A DNA stretch of 64,000 bases, from IMG/VR virus record IMGVR_UViG_3300045988_106180, positions 22,057 through 86,056 of that record. One strand, 5' to 3'. Shown piece by piece: positions 12,401 to 20,169 of the stretch. Position numbers and translations under genes: made by a program. How positions within the stretch are numbered: position 1 is the stretch's first letter; each line of letters begins with the position of its first letter. Below the pieces are notes generated by a model, which worked only from the letters and a program-made list of their open reading frames with translations, was not told the origin of the DNA and made no database searches. The stretch comes from a virus.

Positions 12401-13204
12401 TTACCTGGATCTGAAGAAGGAAGAGTAGATAACTATAGGAAGAACGGAGATAAGTTCTCTGACATTGCTGAAGTTACTTTATGGCTACTTAGAAGGGCTG
12501 CCGGCATAACCTCTATCCCGGAAGGAGAAGAGGTTTATGTAGAGGGAGATGAGGTTAATAGTATTATGACCGATATGGAATCAAGGTATGGTATAGACAC
12601 CATCAATCACTCGCATACGACTAAGGCTATAAGGGACCTTAACGGCGTATCAGGTTATAAAGTAGAATACGGCTTAACCTTTTTGACATACGATCCTTTT
12701 ATTAGAATATCCAATCTAAGGAAAGGATCTAAGGCTGCGAAAGACGAACCTCGTATATCCGAAGAGTCGCTTACTCACATATCAAGGGTGACAACCCCTT
12801 ATTTCCTGTACGGCGGCGATGAAGCATATACATCTGTTCCGGCTAAGGTAGAACCTATACCGGAGAAGATAATGGGTCGTAATGGCATTAAATTTGGTAT
12901 GAGTGTAGTCGAGTTAACCAAATTAGGGTACAAAAAAGCTGGTGGAAACTGGATATATAAATTCTATATGAACTCAGGTGTGTATGATTTGTATAATATC
13001 AGTACCGGTGAAGCGTTTAGGGCAAAACCGGATCTTGGAGTTAAGATAAGTTCCAGCGCATTCATCCGTTCTTTATCTCAATCTGGTAGGAAAATACAAA
13101 ATATGATTAGTAATATGAGCCAGGAAGAGATAGATAGGAATAAGAATCTTGTAGAAGGTTCTGATAATTCGGATTCGATAAATGAGTTAAATAAGGAGTG
13201 TTAA
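6488..13204 (+). CDS. giant protein (2238 aa), probable virion/ejected cargo or tail protein
   Basis: 6.7-kb uninterrupted ORF with a Pro/Ala-rich linker (PAPPAQPAPAAQ). A gene this size is typical of crAss-like and other large podophage virion modules. Confidence 0.6.
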   Translation: MENKEQTLVEKSGFLPSTGLRGYNAVVPTRYEEESSLIEGAKREMERMKVGSYTPPVSAINPDDDSEKGSDISGIDTSFDVDTSFSGLKSALNGGDDPRKKKEESYNKLNSMIKSIQDKSRNTYSGKQTSYGEVIAGNQQSSAVDFGVFGKGRTIKLDEAYDFLSDGNIGLAKFKSYMPGRDNEDYYGRRQTTWNKAVNGIGKLVTKTALYGVSGVVGIIPAAYNLIKTGTLSSAFDNDFTRTINDIDERINHSLPHYYTREERDMGFLQSLGTANFIFNDVIGNGLSFTTGAILSAYLTGGMGVSSLGAVGAKVGMRVAGKMAASKIAASAVKSAFGAYRAGAMYGRAIGNMAKVGVNTFVGAGWESAVEAQSFMKDSESKYKEYFKNMYGRNPNQSEMAEFKSSISDTANSIFLANMGIVGLSNYLLLGKYLGVDTGFASKYIPGLKGVSNTYRGSKSFVDRYLFGLGTKKVAGDAGRLQTVKANLFQKSLATIWNVSKRPISEGVWEEGMQGVAQRMGEDFIRSRYDKTYLDATSSIVDSFSKAIAEQFTTKEGLKEIGIGSLIGGLFGARNGAFGLYERRNKERTINTDVEKFNSNNAFTSQSVKDSMRNLAEFNAQMNDPESDYYSKFELSDRMGMLEDTANNFRSMVKSLDESELASEMKVDEETVKKYKEDIIKDFDKKLANYKKASSFAEAITAETSSDLYRSNVANAVFKGLDAEDIAMQASNDIADYVNDNNLFDDINTFYSLSSQAFDTANQLRELRNEINDLNAEIERLATTPRRVEDGNDTEAEAIKQKTIKYDNLNKEYRRLSEDLLSSYKEVFYSFDPGVLALELFKSETITAEDILKAYDSVASLSTYIENNKGKKEAEDLRNMVVKYQQAITQYKVLRSFMNSIQDKKFMRHDFSLFSKFLNDMVSSNTKSIESDRFYQTEDNNISLDEKIDELLNNGEINSDEAFTMKVFGHLNDGITQKPKEDILSDFDYESAMEDLLSAPIEVKERIVDKIYTGNQDLLSPREKEIYEKYKQDIDDYISNLGDSPAKMIKDLSDKVRRLTEPRSVYEDNKAIIDMAKSNLEPDQRKELDDAISSYVDIMNRRDKGEKVDEDKLADSVFTIEDLGQVGNITDLLPYIEQNRIIDKGRISESTLSNFGEDDANIDSLVNELDESDNTPGANIDSAQNPETLMVRRISNDGNERYEIAGLRADKFISSIKSLVPIQISSETNANGTKRYSLNIGGETATIIELPYHARWSIDKESARVLNRYTDVSIQDVGNSYSLVYKRLDSDELVPYRTGVGFGENEVDKIDQEALSSLKKGDKVNLEIDANDTYNQSLFAEYNDAVQSGDKKRIESAENKLVSNMVIKVMSGNRFVSVVKADTGGIDGISKIRRTAFNKWKKDAGRSATINVGTHVVAQTLPGRPVFNMRVNGQGYGQVENLPITEKGAEKVSDVGYVLNGKVVLKNGSKYTGFPFAYSILNDKGNNYKNVRVPVVVIKGKNGLNYLFPVSLRSVESEEGKKWISFIDMLLESGDSELLQMGQDDIQDLNAYLTKLGLDPASYQVSYLNPISGLRKAREAIEKLSTVPDVVKWVEDESRNVKDIVMSEVESGIDFEGEMFVAPKIRIQFGKSSSRPKSLIEDDLPFSDEGKTVTSKEDVDIYEDEMPEEDPVRGTRPAPPAQPAPAAQDAQSLPGKKRTSRKNFSLMLNEIESHIEKEGLPPYANIFDFIARKIVGGDLRFLRERGNPKSLKEEMGLEPKGTVGDKISTPSGKGGKTLEEYVSWLRSQTDQVVEDYVGPRSDEQIISELKNFLKYINFVPSKALNYSLRVNGMDTLKEYGTKEEVEKMESDINSLVSKVLPTVDNQTIEDVSTVIKSNNLPAIWGPVESLDMTNEEKIEFLNNVADFLSGILEYDAVVESIESESDNILNDGKEGSAEGGAVRTEEDGDKKGDGEGKGQSRTNVEVERNVELPGSEEGRVDNYRKNGDKFSDIAEVTLWLLRRAAGITSIPEGEEVYVEGDEVNSIMTDMESRYGIDTINHSHTTKAIRDLNGVSGYKVEYGLTFLTYDPFIRISNLRKGSKAAKDEPRISEESLTHISRVTTPYFLYGGDEAYTSVPAKVEPIPEKIMGRNGIKFGMSVVELTKLGYKKAGGNWIYKFYMNSGVYDLYNISTGEAFRAKPDLGVKISSSAFIRSLSQSGRKIQNMISNMSQEEIDRNKNLVEGSDNSDSINELNKEC

Positions 13205-13737
13205 GTATGAGAAGGAGATTTTTTAATGCTGCGGATAATTTTGTGGGAGGATGTTATAATAAGTTATCCAATGAAGATATAAAAAGGCTTGGAGGAAAAA
13301 GACCTTATGTATGTCAGTTTAATAAAATTCATATACATATAGGGCCTGTATTAAAAGATCATGATTCCGATGTCAGTGATATAGTGTTTAATAGTGACTG
13401 GAATTATGGTAATTATGAATCTACGGTTTATCATCATAGCAATAATGGTATTTTTATATTAGGTGGAAATAAAATTGGTAATATAGAAGACCATATGCAA
13501 GATCTAACATATTGGTACGAATATGATCCGAGTCTTAATGAAAATTATTGTTATTATTATTATGAAGCTGATAATAGTGGAAATGCTATTAAGTTGAATG
13601 GTGAGTTTAGTGATGTTAGCACTGTTTTTAACATTCCCAGTTTGAAGGTTACCACTCTTCGTGATGGCAGTTTGAGTTTTCCAGAGATTTATATAGAAGG
13701 AGTTTGGGATCCGTCATTGTATAAGTCGATTTTATAG
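13198..13737 (+). CDS. hypothetical protein (179 aa), Tyr/Asn-rich
   Basis: ORF start overlaps the stop of the 2238-aa gene (ATGA-type coupling). Confidence 0.45.
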   Translation: MLSMRRRFFNAADNFVGGCYNKLSNEDIKRLGGKRPYVCQFNKIHIHIGPVLKDHDSDVSDIVFNSDWNYGNYESTVYHHSNNGIFILGGNKIGNIEDHMQDLTYWYEYDPSLNENYCYYYYEADNSGNAIKLNGEFSDVSTVFNIPSLKVTTLRDGSLSFPEIYIEGVWDPSLYKSIL

Positions 13738-13867
13738 TTAATTTTGAAAAAAGTTAATTATTATGGTGCAAAATAACATTAAAAATAATAGATTCTATTC
13801 TGTAATACAAATGTAATTCGTATCTTAGATGTATGATTTGTAAACAGCATTTAATGTATTAAAAATC

Positions 13868-15100
13868 ATGAGATTAGTATATAAGTTCAACATAGGTCAG
13901 AATGAAAATATATCATCTTTGTGCAAGATTAGCAATAACTTGTACAATCAGGCGTTATATATTTTCAGAGAAACACTTTCTAAAGAAGATAAGTGGTTAT
14001 CTTATTTTGAACTTGATACTATCATGAAGAATACTAAGAACTTGGATGGGAATATCAATTACAAATTATTAAAAGCGCAATGTTCTCAACAAGTTCTTCG
14101 TATTATTGATAAAAACATTAAAAGTTATTACAAAACGGTCCAAGATTACAAAAAACATCCAACTAAGTATAAGGAAAAACCTGGTCTTCCAAATTACAAA
14201 AAGAGAGGTTCTGAGTTCAATTTGTATTACACGAGCCAGAGTTGCAAAATAAAAGATGGGAAAATAATCCTATCAAAAGATATTTCAATACCCATTCCTC
14301 AATATGAGAAGTATTCTGATTTGATAAAAGATTTCAAGCAGATTAGAATAAAACCGTTAGCGTGTGGATATAAGATAGAAATCATTTATGAGGTAAAAGA
14401 TACTGAAGTGTCTAAAGGTAGAGAAGAGAAAATAGCTTCCATTGATTTAGGAATAAACAATCTTGTAACATTAGTTAGTGAATATTTTACTGTTCTATTT
14501 AGCGGTAAATTTGTTAAATCATACAATAAGCTATTCAATAAGACATTAGCTAAATTAAATAGTATCAAAGATTTACAAAAGATAAAAGGGATAACGAAAC
14601 GAATAAAGAAATTATATTATGATAGAGAACAGTACATAGAAGATGTCTTTCATAAAATCAGTAGAAAGATAGTTGATTTACTTATCGATTCCAAGATAAC
14701 AAAATTAGTTGTAGGCTATAACAAGGGATGGAAACAAAATGTAAATATAGGTAAAAAGAATAACCAAAAGTTTACCCAAATCCCTTTTGCGAGATTAGTT
14801 AGTTACTTAGAATACAAATGTGAATTAGCTGGTATTGAAATAGTTATCAATGAAGAATCATATACTTCAAAATGTGATTCTCTTGCATTTGAGAAGATAG
14901 GAAAACATGAAAACTATTTAGGAAAAAGGAGAAAACGAGGATTATTTCAATCCTCTACAGGAAAGCTCATTAATGCCGATGTAAATGGAGCATTAAACAT
15001 TATGAGAAAAGTAGTCGGTGATTCTTGTGAATCAATTCGTAGGATAATCGATAGAGGGTTATTGTTTAACCCGGTAAGGATTACGAATGTATTTTGTTAA
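13868..15100 (+). CDS. tnpB: TnpB-like RuvC nuclease (IS200/IS605 OrfB family), zinc-finger-less variant
   Basis: N-terminal OrfB helix (RLVYKFNIGQNE...NNLYNQALYIF). RuvC-I IASIDLGINNLVT (D), RuvC-II IVINEESYTSK (E), RuvC-III INADVNGALNIMRK (D). Between RuvC-II and RuvC-III the usual CxxC...CxxC pairs are missing; only one Cys remains. Confidence 0.75.
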   Translation: MRLVYKFNIGQNENISSLCKISNNLYNQALYIFRETLSKEDKWLSYFELDTIMKNTKNLDGNINYKLLKAQCSQQVLRIIDKNIKSYYKTVQDYKKHPTKYKEKPGLPNYKKRGSEFNLYYTSQSCKIKDGKIILSKDISIPIPQYEKYSDLIKDFKQIRIKPLACGYKIEIIYEVKDTEVSKGREEKIASIDLGINNLVTLVSEYFTVLFSGKFVKSYNKLFNKTLAKLNSIKDLQKIKGITKRIKKLYYDREQYIEDVFHKISRKIVDLLIDSKITKLVVGYNKGWKQNVNIGKKNNQKFTQIPFARLVSYLEYKCELAGIEIVINEESYTSKCDSLAFEKIGKHENYLGKRRKRGLFQSSTGKLINADVNGALNIMRKVVGDSCESIRRIIDRGLLFNPVRITNVFC

Positions 15101-15112
15101 GAAGGTACATTC
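15085..15112 (+). other. stem-loop spanning the tnpB-1 stop codon; candidate IS right-end or omega-RNA 3' element
   Basis: GAATGTA / TACATTC 7-bp perfect stem with a 13-14 nt loop that contains the TAA stop. Confidence 0.3.
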
Positions 15113-15166
15113 CGAAACTTATAAAGAAATGTAATAGATTTTATTGAATTTAATATTTTTCATAAC

Positions 15167-17425
15167 ATGGGTGTCAAATGTCAGATAGAAAAAAAGGAAA
15201 ATGAAATAAAACGGGTTAAGGCTCCTAACGGGGAGCCTTCCGTTCTTTACGAAAGTGCTTTAAAGGTATTAGGAAACAGTGAGCGGGCTCTTCAGGTATG
15301 GGCTAAGGCTTACACTCCTGGTTTTTTGTCGTATTACGGTCATTGGAATAACCCGGCTCCAGGGGAGATGTTTAATACCGATTCCAATGGTGAACCTCTC
15401 TTAGAAGACGTGCTGTCGTATATGAAGCGTCAAACTTATTTTGCCGATCCTCTAACGGATCAGGATGTTAAGGATGTAAGAGATTTTCTTTTATCTACCT
15501 ATGGTGTTTATACGGCACCATCATTATCCAACATCATTCTTCATTATTTTTATGTAGATGGTAGTTTGATACTGAATGAGCAGAATTTAAGAAGATCAGG
15601 CTTGTATAATGAAACAGAGATAAGTAGAATCTTATCTGATCCTTCTGTTCTTAATGAAGTTTCGACATCCATGAGGAAGTTATTGGATTATTCCAATAAC
15701 GAACATGATAGGGAAAAAGATAATTATTTTATGTCTGTTGACTATCAGTATGGTCCTATTGTTTACAAGGAGGGAGTGTTTAACCAATTTGGTAAAAAAG
15801 TACCATATAATCCTTCTGATCTTTATTATGCTATGCGTAAAACAGTAGCCGGCATAAAAAACTTTTCTGAATTTTCATCTGCTTTTGAATCGTTGAGAAA
15901 CTCATACCCTGAACTGGTTGAGAAATTCGTTTCTGATAAAGAATTTGCCGAATCTATGTTTGATGAGTTCTCATCTACGAATAAGATTCCGGTAATAAAC
16001 ATAGAAGGGGATGATGTGGTAGAAGGCAAGAGAAGATCCTTGTCTAAGCTACAAGATCTGTCTTATTACAATCCTGGCAAAATAGAGTTCCTAAGAGCTC
16101 GTATATCAGCTTATTTACATAGGGTTAATGCCGACACCGAATCCGATTTAAGAAGCATGATATGGGATATAGAAGAGGCTTGTACGTGGTTTGGCATAGA
16201 TATAATAGGGACATCGGAAACTTATGATGGCACAGAAGAATCTTTGAATAAGATAGATAATTTGATGCTGGATCTTGATATTTATGTGGCCAGGCATAAT
16301 GATGTAAATTATGCTCCAACGCTGGCATCTTCTATAGATGATGTTCTTGGTGATAGTACAGACTATTATTTTGGATTATTGCCGGAGTATATGGATAATT
16401 TGAATATCGTTTATTCTGAATCCGATATAGACCCAGTAGAGGCATTTGAGAAACATTCATTGCTTAAGGTAGGAGATAATCTATATCAAAGGATCAGCAA
16501 AGATGATCTTAACGAGATGTATCAAATATCAACAGTATTAGCCAAGCACAACCTAGCTCATTTTTCTACTAAAATATATCCTGAATCTTGTTTTAAGAAC
16601 GGCGTTTTGGATAAAGAGAAAGTACGGAACGTAGATAATAATACGCTCATGGATTCCATTAAAAAATACGTCAGATCGTTCATGGATTCTCAGAACACGG
16701 AGGACATGATAATGACCAGGATGGCGTTTGGTCACCCGGCGGTACTTGACGTTCCTTACGTGGATGTGGATCGGGAGTATAGTCGATACATGAACAAAAA
16801 ACAAGATAGCGAAAACCCATTATCCTTATTCGATTTATACCAATCTTACCTTGACAACAAACTCCATAAAACAAAATTATATGATAATGCCTATAAGTAT
16901 CTTGACTTCAAACCTGGTCCATCTTTGGGCCTTATTTCTGATGATCCTGATATTTTGAAATCAATAGAATTATCTTTATCTGGAAAAGACAGGTTGATGT
17001 TGTTTGATTATAGCATGACCAGCACCGACCCTTTTTTATCAAAATTGTTTTATTTGGATAGGTATGACCCTTCGTATGCCGAGAATGATTTTGAACACTA
17101 TTTTTACACCAGGCACCCGTATCTGTTAAAAGAAAAATCGGGCCCTAATATCGTAGAGCAAGATGGTGTTATAACAGCCGAAGGTATTTATGATAATTTT
17201 ATAAGAGTAGGTAATAAGATATGGTCTAAAGTAAGCGAAAGTAGTTCCGGCTCTATCTACCAAAATCTGACAGGGACCGAATCGGAGGTGAAATACGATT
17301 CTACCCAGAAGGCTAAGACAGTAGAAACCGATTACGCTCCATACCAAAACAGATCTGGCTTGACGCAAGATATGACCATAAGCAAGTCTGAATTGGATGA
17401 TCTTAACAAATTAGAATGCAAATAA
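15167..17425 (+). CDS. hypothetical large protein (752 aa)
   Basis: Long ORF on the + strand. No motif recognised. Confidence 0.55.
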   Translation: MGVKCQIEKKENEIKRVKAPNGEPSVLYESALKVLGNSERALQVWAKAYTPGFLSYYGHWNNPAPGEMFNTDSNGEPLLEDVLSYMKRQTYFADPLTDQDVKDVRDFLLSTYGVYTAPSLSNIILHYFYVDGSLILNEQNLRRSGLYNETEISRILSDPSVLNEVSTSMRKLLDYSNNEHDREKDNYFMSVDYQYGPIVYKEGVFNQFGKKVPYNPSDLYYAMRKTVAGIKNFSEFSSAFESLRNSYPELVEKFVSDKEFAESMFDEFSSTNKIPVINIEGDDVVEGKRRSLSKLQDLSYYNPGKIEFLRARISAYLHRVNADTESDLRSMIWDIEEACTWFGIDIIGTSETYDGTEESLNKIDNLMLDLDIYVARHNDVNYAPTLASSIDDVLGDSTDYYFGLLPEYMDNLNIVYSESDIDPVEAFEKHSLLKVGDNLYQRISKDDLNEMYQISTVLAKHNLAHFSTKIYPESCFKNGVLDKEKVRNVDNNTLMDSIKKYVRSFMDSQNTEDMIMTRMAFGHPAVLDVPYVDVDREYSRYMNKKQDSENPLSLFDLYQSYLDNKLHKTKLYDNAYKYLDFKPGPSLGLISDDPDILKSIELSLSGKDRLMLFDYSMTSTDPFLSKLFYLDRYDPSYAENDFEHYFYTRHPYLLKEKSGPNIVEQDGVITAEGIYDNFIRVGNKIWSKVSESSSGSIYQNLTGTESEVKYDSTQKAKTVETDYAPYQNRSGLTQDMTISKSELDDLNKLECK

Positions 17426-17471
17426 TTTTTGTATATATATAATATAGTTTTTTCATAGTTATAATTTGGGA

Positions 17472-17501
17472 AGTGAGGCTTGTGAAAGTCTCACTTTTCT
17501 T
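17472..17501 (+). terminator. rho-independent terminator after the 752-aa gene
   Basis: AGTGAGGCTT-GTGA-AAGTCTCACT 10-bp stem with one mismatch and a GNRA-type loop, followed by TTTTCTT. Confidence 0.5.
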
Positions 17502-17923
17502 ATATATGCACGTATATCAATAACATACAAGAAAAGTTAGATTTTCGTTGTTTATGAATTATTTTTATTAAGTTTGCAATATTAGTTTCAGGAAGGGATT
17601 ATAGAAAATAGGGAAGGTAAGAACAGAACGTAACTAATAACGGTAGGAAATGAGAATCAGTACCATCAAACGTAATAACAGCATTCATCTTATGTATAAA
17701 AACATTATGAATGATTTAGGTCAATTAAGAACTGTAGTTTCAAAATCCTATATTTATAATCTGATACGAAATCAAACCGGATTAAGTATCAGAACTATAT
17801 CCCATGTCTTGAATCACACAAAAGAATAGGATACAGATTCTTTGTGAAAAGCGTACATTTTCATACATTTGTGTATTCTTTAGTTTTTAGATTTAAGTTT
17901 TTTCATGGTATTAGTTTAGAGAT

Positions 17924-17958
17924 CAGGGCTCGCAGTGATGCGGGCCCTGGTTTGATTT
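17924..17958 (+). terminator. GC-rich hairpin with U-rich tail; terminator or structured RNA element
   Basis: CAGGGCTCGC-AGTGAT-GCGGGCCCTG 10-bp stem (one G-U pair), then GTTTGATTT. Stands out against the AT-rich 690-bp non-coding region. Confidence 0.4.
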
Positions 17959-17968
17959 ACAGCGCTTT

Positions 17969-18028
17969 ACCTAAAATGGGAAAGGCGTAAGTTTCTGATT
18001 ATCAGTTTTTCACCTTAAATGGGGAAAA
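17969..18028 (+). promoter_or_regulatory. pair of imperfect ~20-bp direct repeats (TTTACCTAAAATGGGAAAGG / TTTCACCTTAAATGGGGAAAA) upstream of gene 18116
   Basis: Two copies about 43 bp apart inside the non-coding island. Candidate operator or iteron. Confidence 0.3.
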
Positions 18029-18115
18029 TTAATTATTGTGTATTATACTTCCGTTTTTGCTGAAAATACTTCTCTTCTATAGGAAATAAACACACCTGTA
18101 TTCCACCCTGCAATC

Positions 18116-19180
18116 ATGATCTTTGTTACGTGCTTCATGCACGTATGTTTAACAATTAAATACTATAAAATTATGGGTGGTGATAAAATCGTCCTTTTAG
18201 ATGGAGCCGGGGCTAACGGTGGTGGTGCAGCCACTAACGGTCTTCTTTCAATGATTCCCGGCATGTTTGCTAATTTGATAGGTGGTAATAAAATGGATCC
18301 GAATCTGGTAGCGGCTTTGATGAACGGTCGTAACAACCAGGACGGTTTCGGTGGGGCTAACGGTTGGTGGCTTTGGATAATTGTTTTGTTCTGGCTGTGG
18401 GGTGGACGCGGCTTCGGTAACGGTTTTGGAAATGGTGGTGATTGTTGCGCCAATGGTTTGCCGGCTCAGTTGAATAACGATTACGGTCGTGAACTTTTGA
18501 TGCAGGCAATTCAAGGTAATCGTAGTGCCATAGATCAGATCGCTTCTGCTTTGAACTGTTCTACTACTCAACTTCAGAACGCTATCTGCAACGTACAGGG
18601 TGCTATTGATAAAGTAGCTGGTCAGGTAGGTATGACTTCTCAGGCTGTTATCAACGCAGTTCAACAACAAGGTTGTGAAATAGGAAATCAAATCAGCTCT
18701 TGCTGCTGCAATCTGAGTTCGTTGATCAATCAAAGCACTTGCCAGACTCAGGGAATGATTACTCAGCAAGGTTTTGATAACCAGCTTCGCACGTTGGAAC
18801 AAACCAATATCTTGCAGAACGGTCTCAACCAAGGTCTGGCTAACAATCGTGAGCAAGCTACAAGCCAATTCAATATCTTGTCTGCGAAACTTGACGCTCA
18901 AACCGTTATGATCAACGACAAATTCTGTCAGTTGGAAATGAGGGAGATGCAGAACACTATTGCTCAACTTCGTGAAGAAAAAGCGGCTTTGACAGCTTCG
19001 GCATTATCTCAGCAACAAACCCAGAATATCGTTGGTCAATTACGCCCGACGGCCGTCCCAGCCTACCCCTCTTGTTCTCCTTACCAGGCTTATTCTTGGG
19101 GACAGGTATTCGGAGGAGGTTACTGCAATAACGGATGTGGATGTAACAACGGATGTTGCAATAACAACGCTGCTGTCTGA
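18116..19180 (+). CDS. membrane-anchored Gly/Gln/Asn-rich, Cys-Cys-motif protein (354 aa; true start possibly ATG at 18172)
   Basis: Gly-rich N-terminus and a W/L/F-rich TM helix (WWLWIIVLFWLWGG). Q/N-rich coiled-coil region. Repeated CC and CCC motifs and a C-terminal CNNGCGCNNGCCNNN. The antisense ORFs look like noise. Confidence 0.45.
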   Translation: MIFVTCFMHVCLTIKYYKIMGGDKIVLLDGAGANGGGAATNGLLSMIPGMFANLIGGNKMDPNLVAALMNGRNNQDGFGGANGWWLWIIVLFWLWGGRGFGNGFGNGGDCCANGLPAQLNNDYGRELLMQAIQGNRSAIDQIASALNCSTTQLQNAICNVQGAIDKVAGQVGMTSQAVINAVQQQGCEIGNQISSCCCNLSSLINQSTCQTQGMITQQGFDNQLRTLEQTNILQNGLNQGLANNREQATSQFNILSAKLDAQTVMINDKFCQLEMREMQNTIAQLREEKAALTASALSQQQTQNIVGQLRPTAVPAYPSCSPYQAYSWGQVFGGGYCNNGCGCNNGCCNNNAAV

Positions 19181-19203
19181 TTTTATTAAGAGAGGAGGCT
19201 AAT

Positions 19204-19617
19204 ATGGCTTGTGTTTCTAAAATAGGATCGTTGTATGAGATGGTTACGAAGAATGTTATTGTCAGTACGACAAATACAATCTTCGGTATTAACCCACGGG
19301 CTTGGATCGCCCTTCCGTGTGAGGGTCTTATCCTTCTTAAGATAAGGCAAGTAGTCCCCACAGCCGGAAGTGCTCTACCGGTACAGATTGCGGTCCCGGC
19401 AAACAGCACAGTTTCAACAGTAGGAGCCGACACCTGTTGCTCGGTTACGGGAGTGAATGTCGTGAACCCTATTAACGTAGCTGTAACGGGTGCTGCTATG
19501 GTAAATGGCACAGAACGCCTTCTGTACTTCAATAAAGTTCGTGGCGTGTTAAGATTAATGGATTGCTGTGTTCCAGTAGCGGCAGCCCAGGCGTCTGAAG
19601 TTAAAGCAGGTAAATGA
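19204..19617 (+). CDS. hypothetical protein with two Cys-Cys dipeptides (137 aa)
   Basis: Preceded by the Shine-Dalgarno-like AGAGGAGG, unusual for this genome. Contains DTCCSV and MDCCVP. Confidence 0.5.
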   Translation: MACVSKIGSLYEMVTKNVIVSTTNTIFGINPRAWIALPCEGLILLKIRQVVPTAGSALPVQIAVPANSTVSTVGADTCCSVTGVNVVNPINVAVTGAAMVNGTERLLYFNKVRGVLRLMDCCVPVAAAQASEVKAGK

Positions 19618-19667
19618 TTTCAGTAGGGTGATGGAGATCATCACCCTATTTTCACCTAAATAATATT

Positions 19668-20162
19668 TTGATCATGTTTTCAGATTTGAAGAAAGGGTTT
19701 CAGGTACATACCCTTGATACTAATACAGTACCTAAATACGAATTGGGAAAGGTAGTAGCCGTATCCGAACCCAGGTATCTTCCTCCTCAGCCGGGTCAGT
19801 ATCAGGCGATGCAGACCCGCGTGGTGGATCTGACGGTAGAGCTCACTGGCGAAACCAAGACCTATACGGTTCCGGAATCCCAGAATGTGGCTAAGGCTAT
19901 GGGTATAACATTATCTACCAGCATAGATCCGATTATGAACGAACTGAATGCTATAAAAAGCACCAGTCAAGACATAATAGACAGCGTAGATACCCATCGT
20001 GCCAAGATAGAGGCTTGTGAATCTATATTAGAAGACATCAATCCGGCATTCAAACAAACGAGAGAGCAGGATCGTAAAATAGCTGGTATAGAAAATAAGG
20101 TGAATGACCTTACTGATTCATTCGAAGATTTAAAGAAGTTAATTGTAGAACGTTTGAAATAA
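19668..20162 (+). CDS. hypothetical coiled-coil protein (164 aa)
   Basis: ORF in the + strand block. C-terminal heptad-like region. Confidence 0.5.
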   Translation: MIMFSDLKKGFQVHTLDTNTVPKYELGKVVAVSEPRYLPPQPGQYQAMQTRVVDLTVELTGETKTYTVPESQNVAKAMGITLSTSIDPIMNELNAIKSTSQDIIDSVDTHRAKIEACESILEDINPAFKQTREQDRKIAGIENKVNDLTDSFEDLKKLIVERLK

Positions 20163-20169
20163 GTATAAT

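Noticed and set aside
18248-19532. Long - strand ORFs 18248..18967 and 18957..19532 opposite the Cys-rich protein genes
   Set aside because: Products are Leu/Ser/Thr-rich and junk-like. All flanking genes on this half of the window are + strand, and the + ORF 19204 has a strong RBS. Kept the + strand genes.
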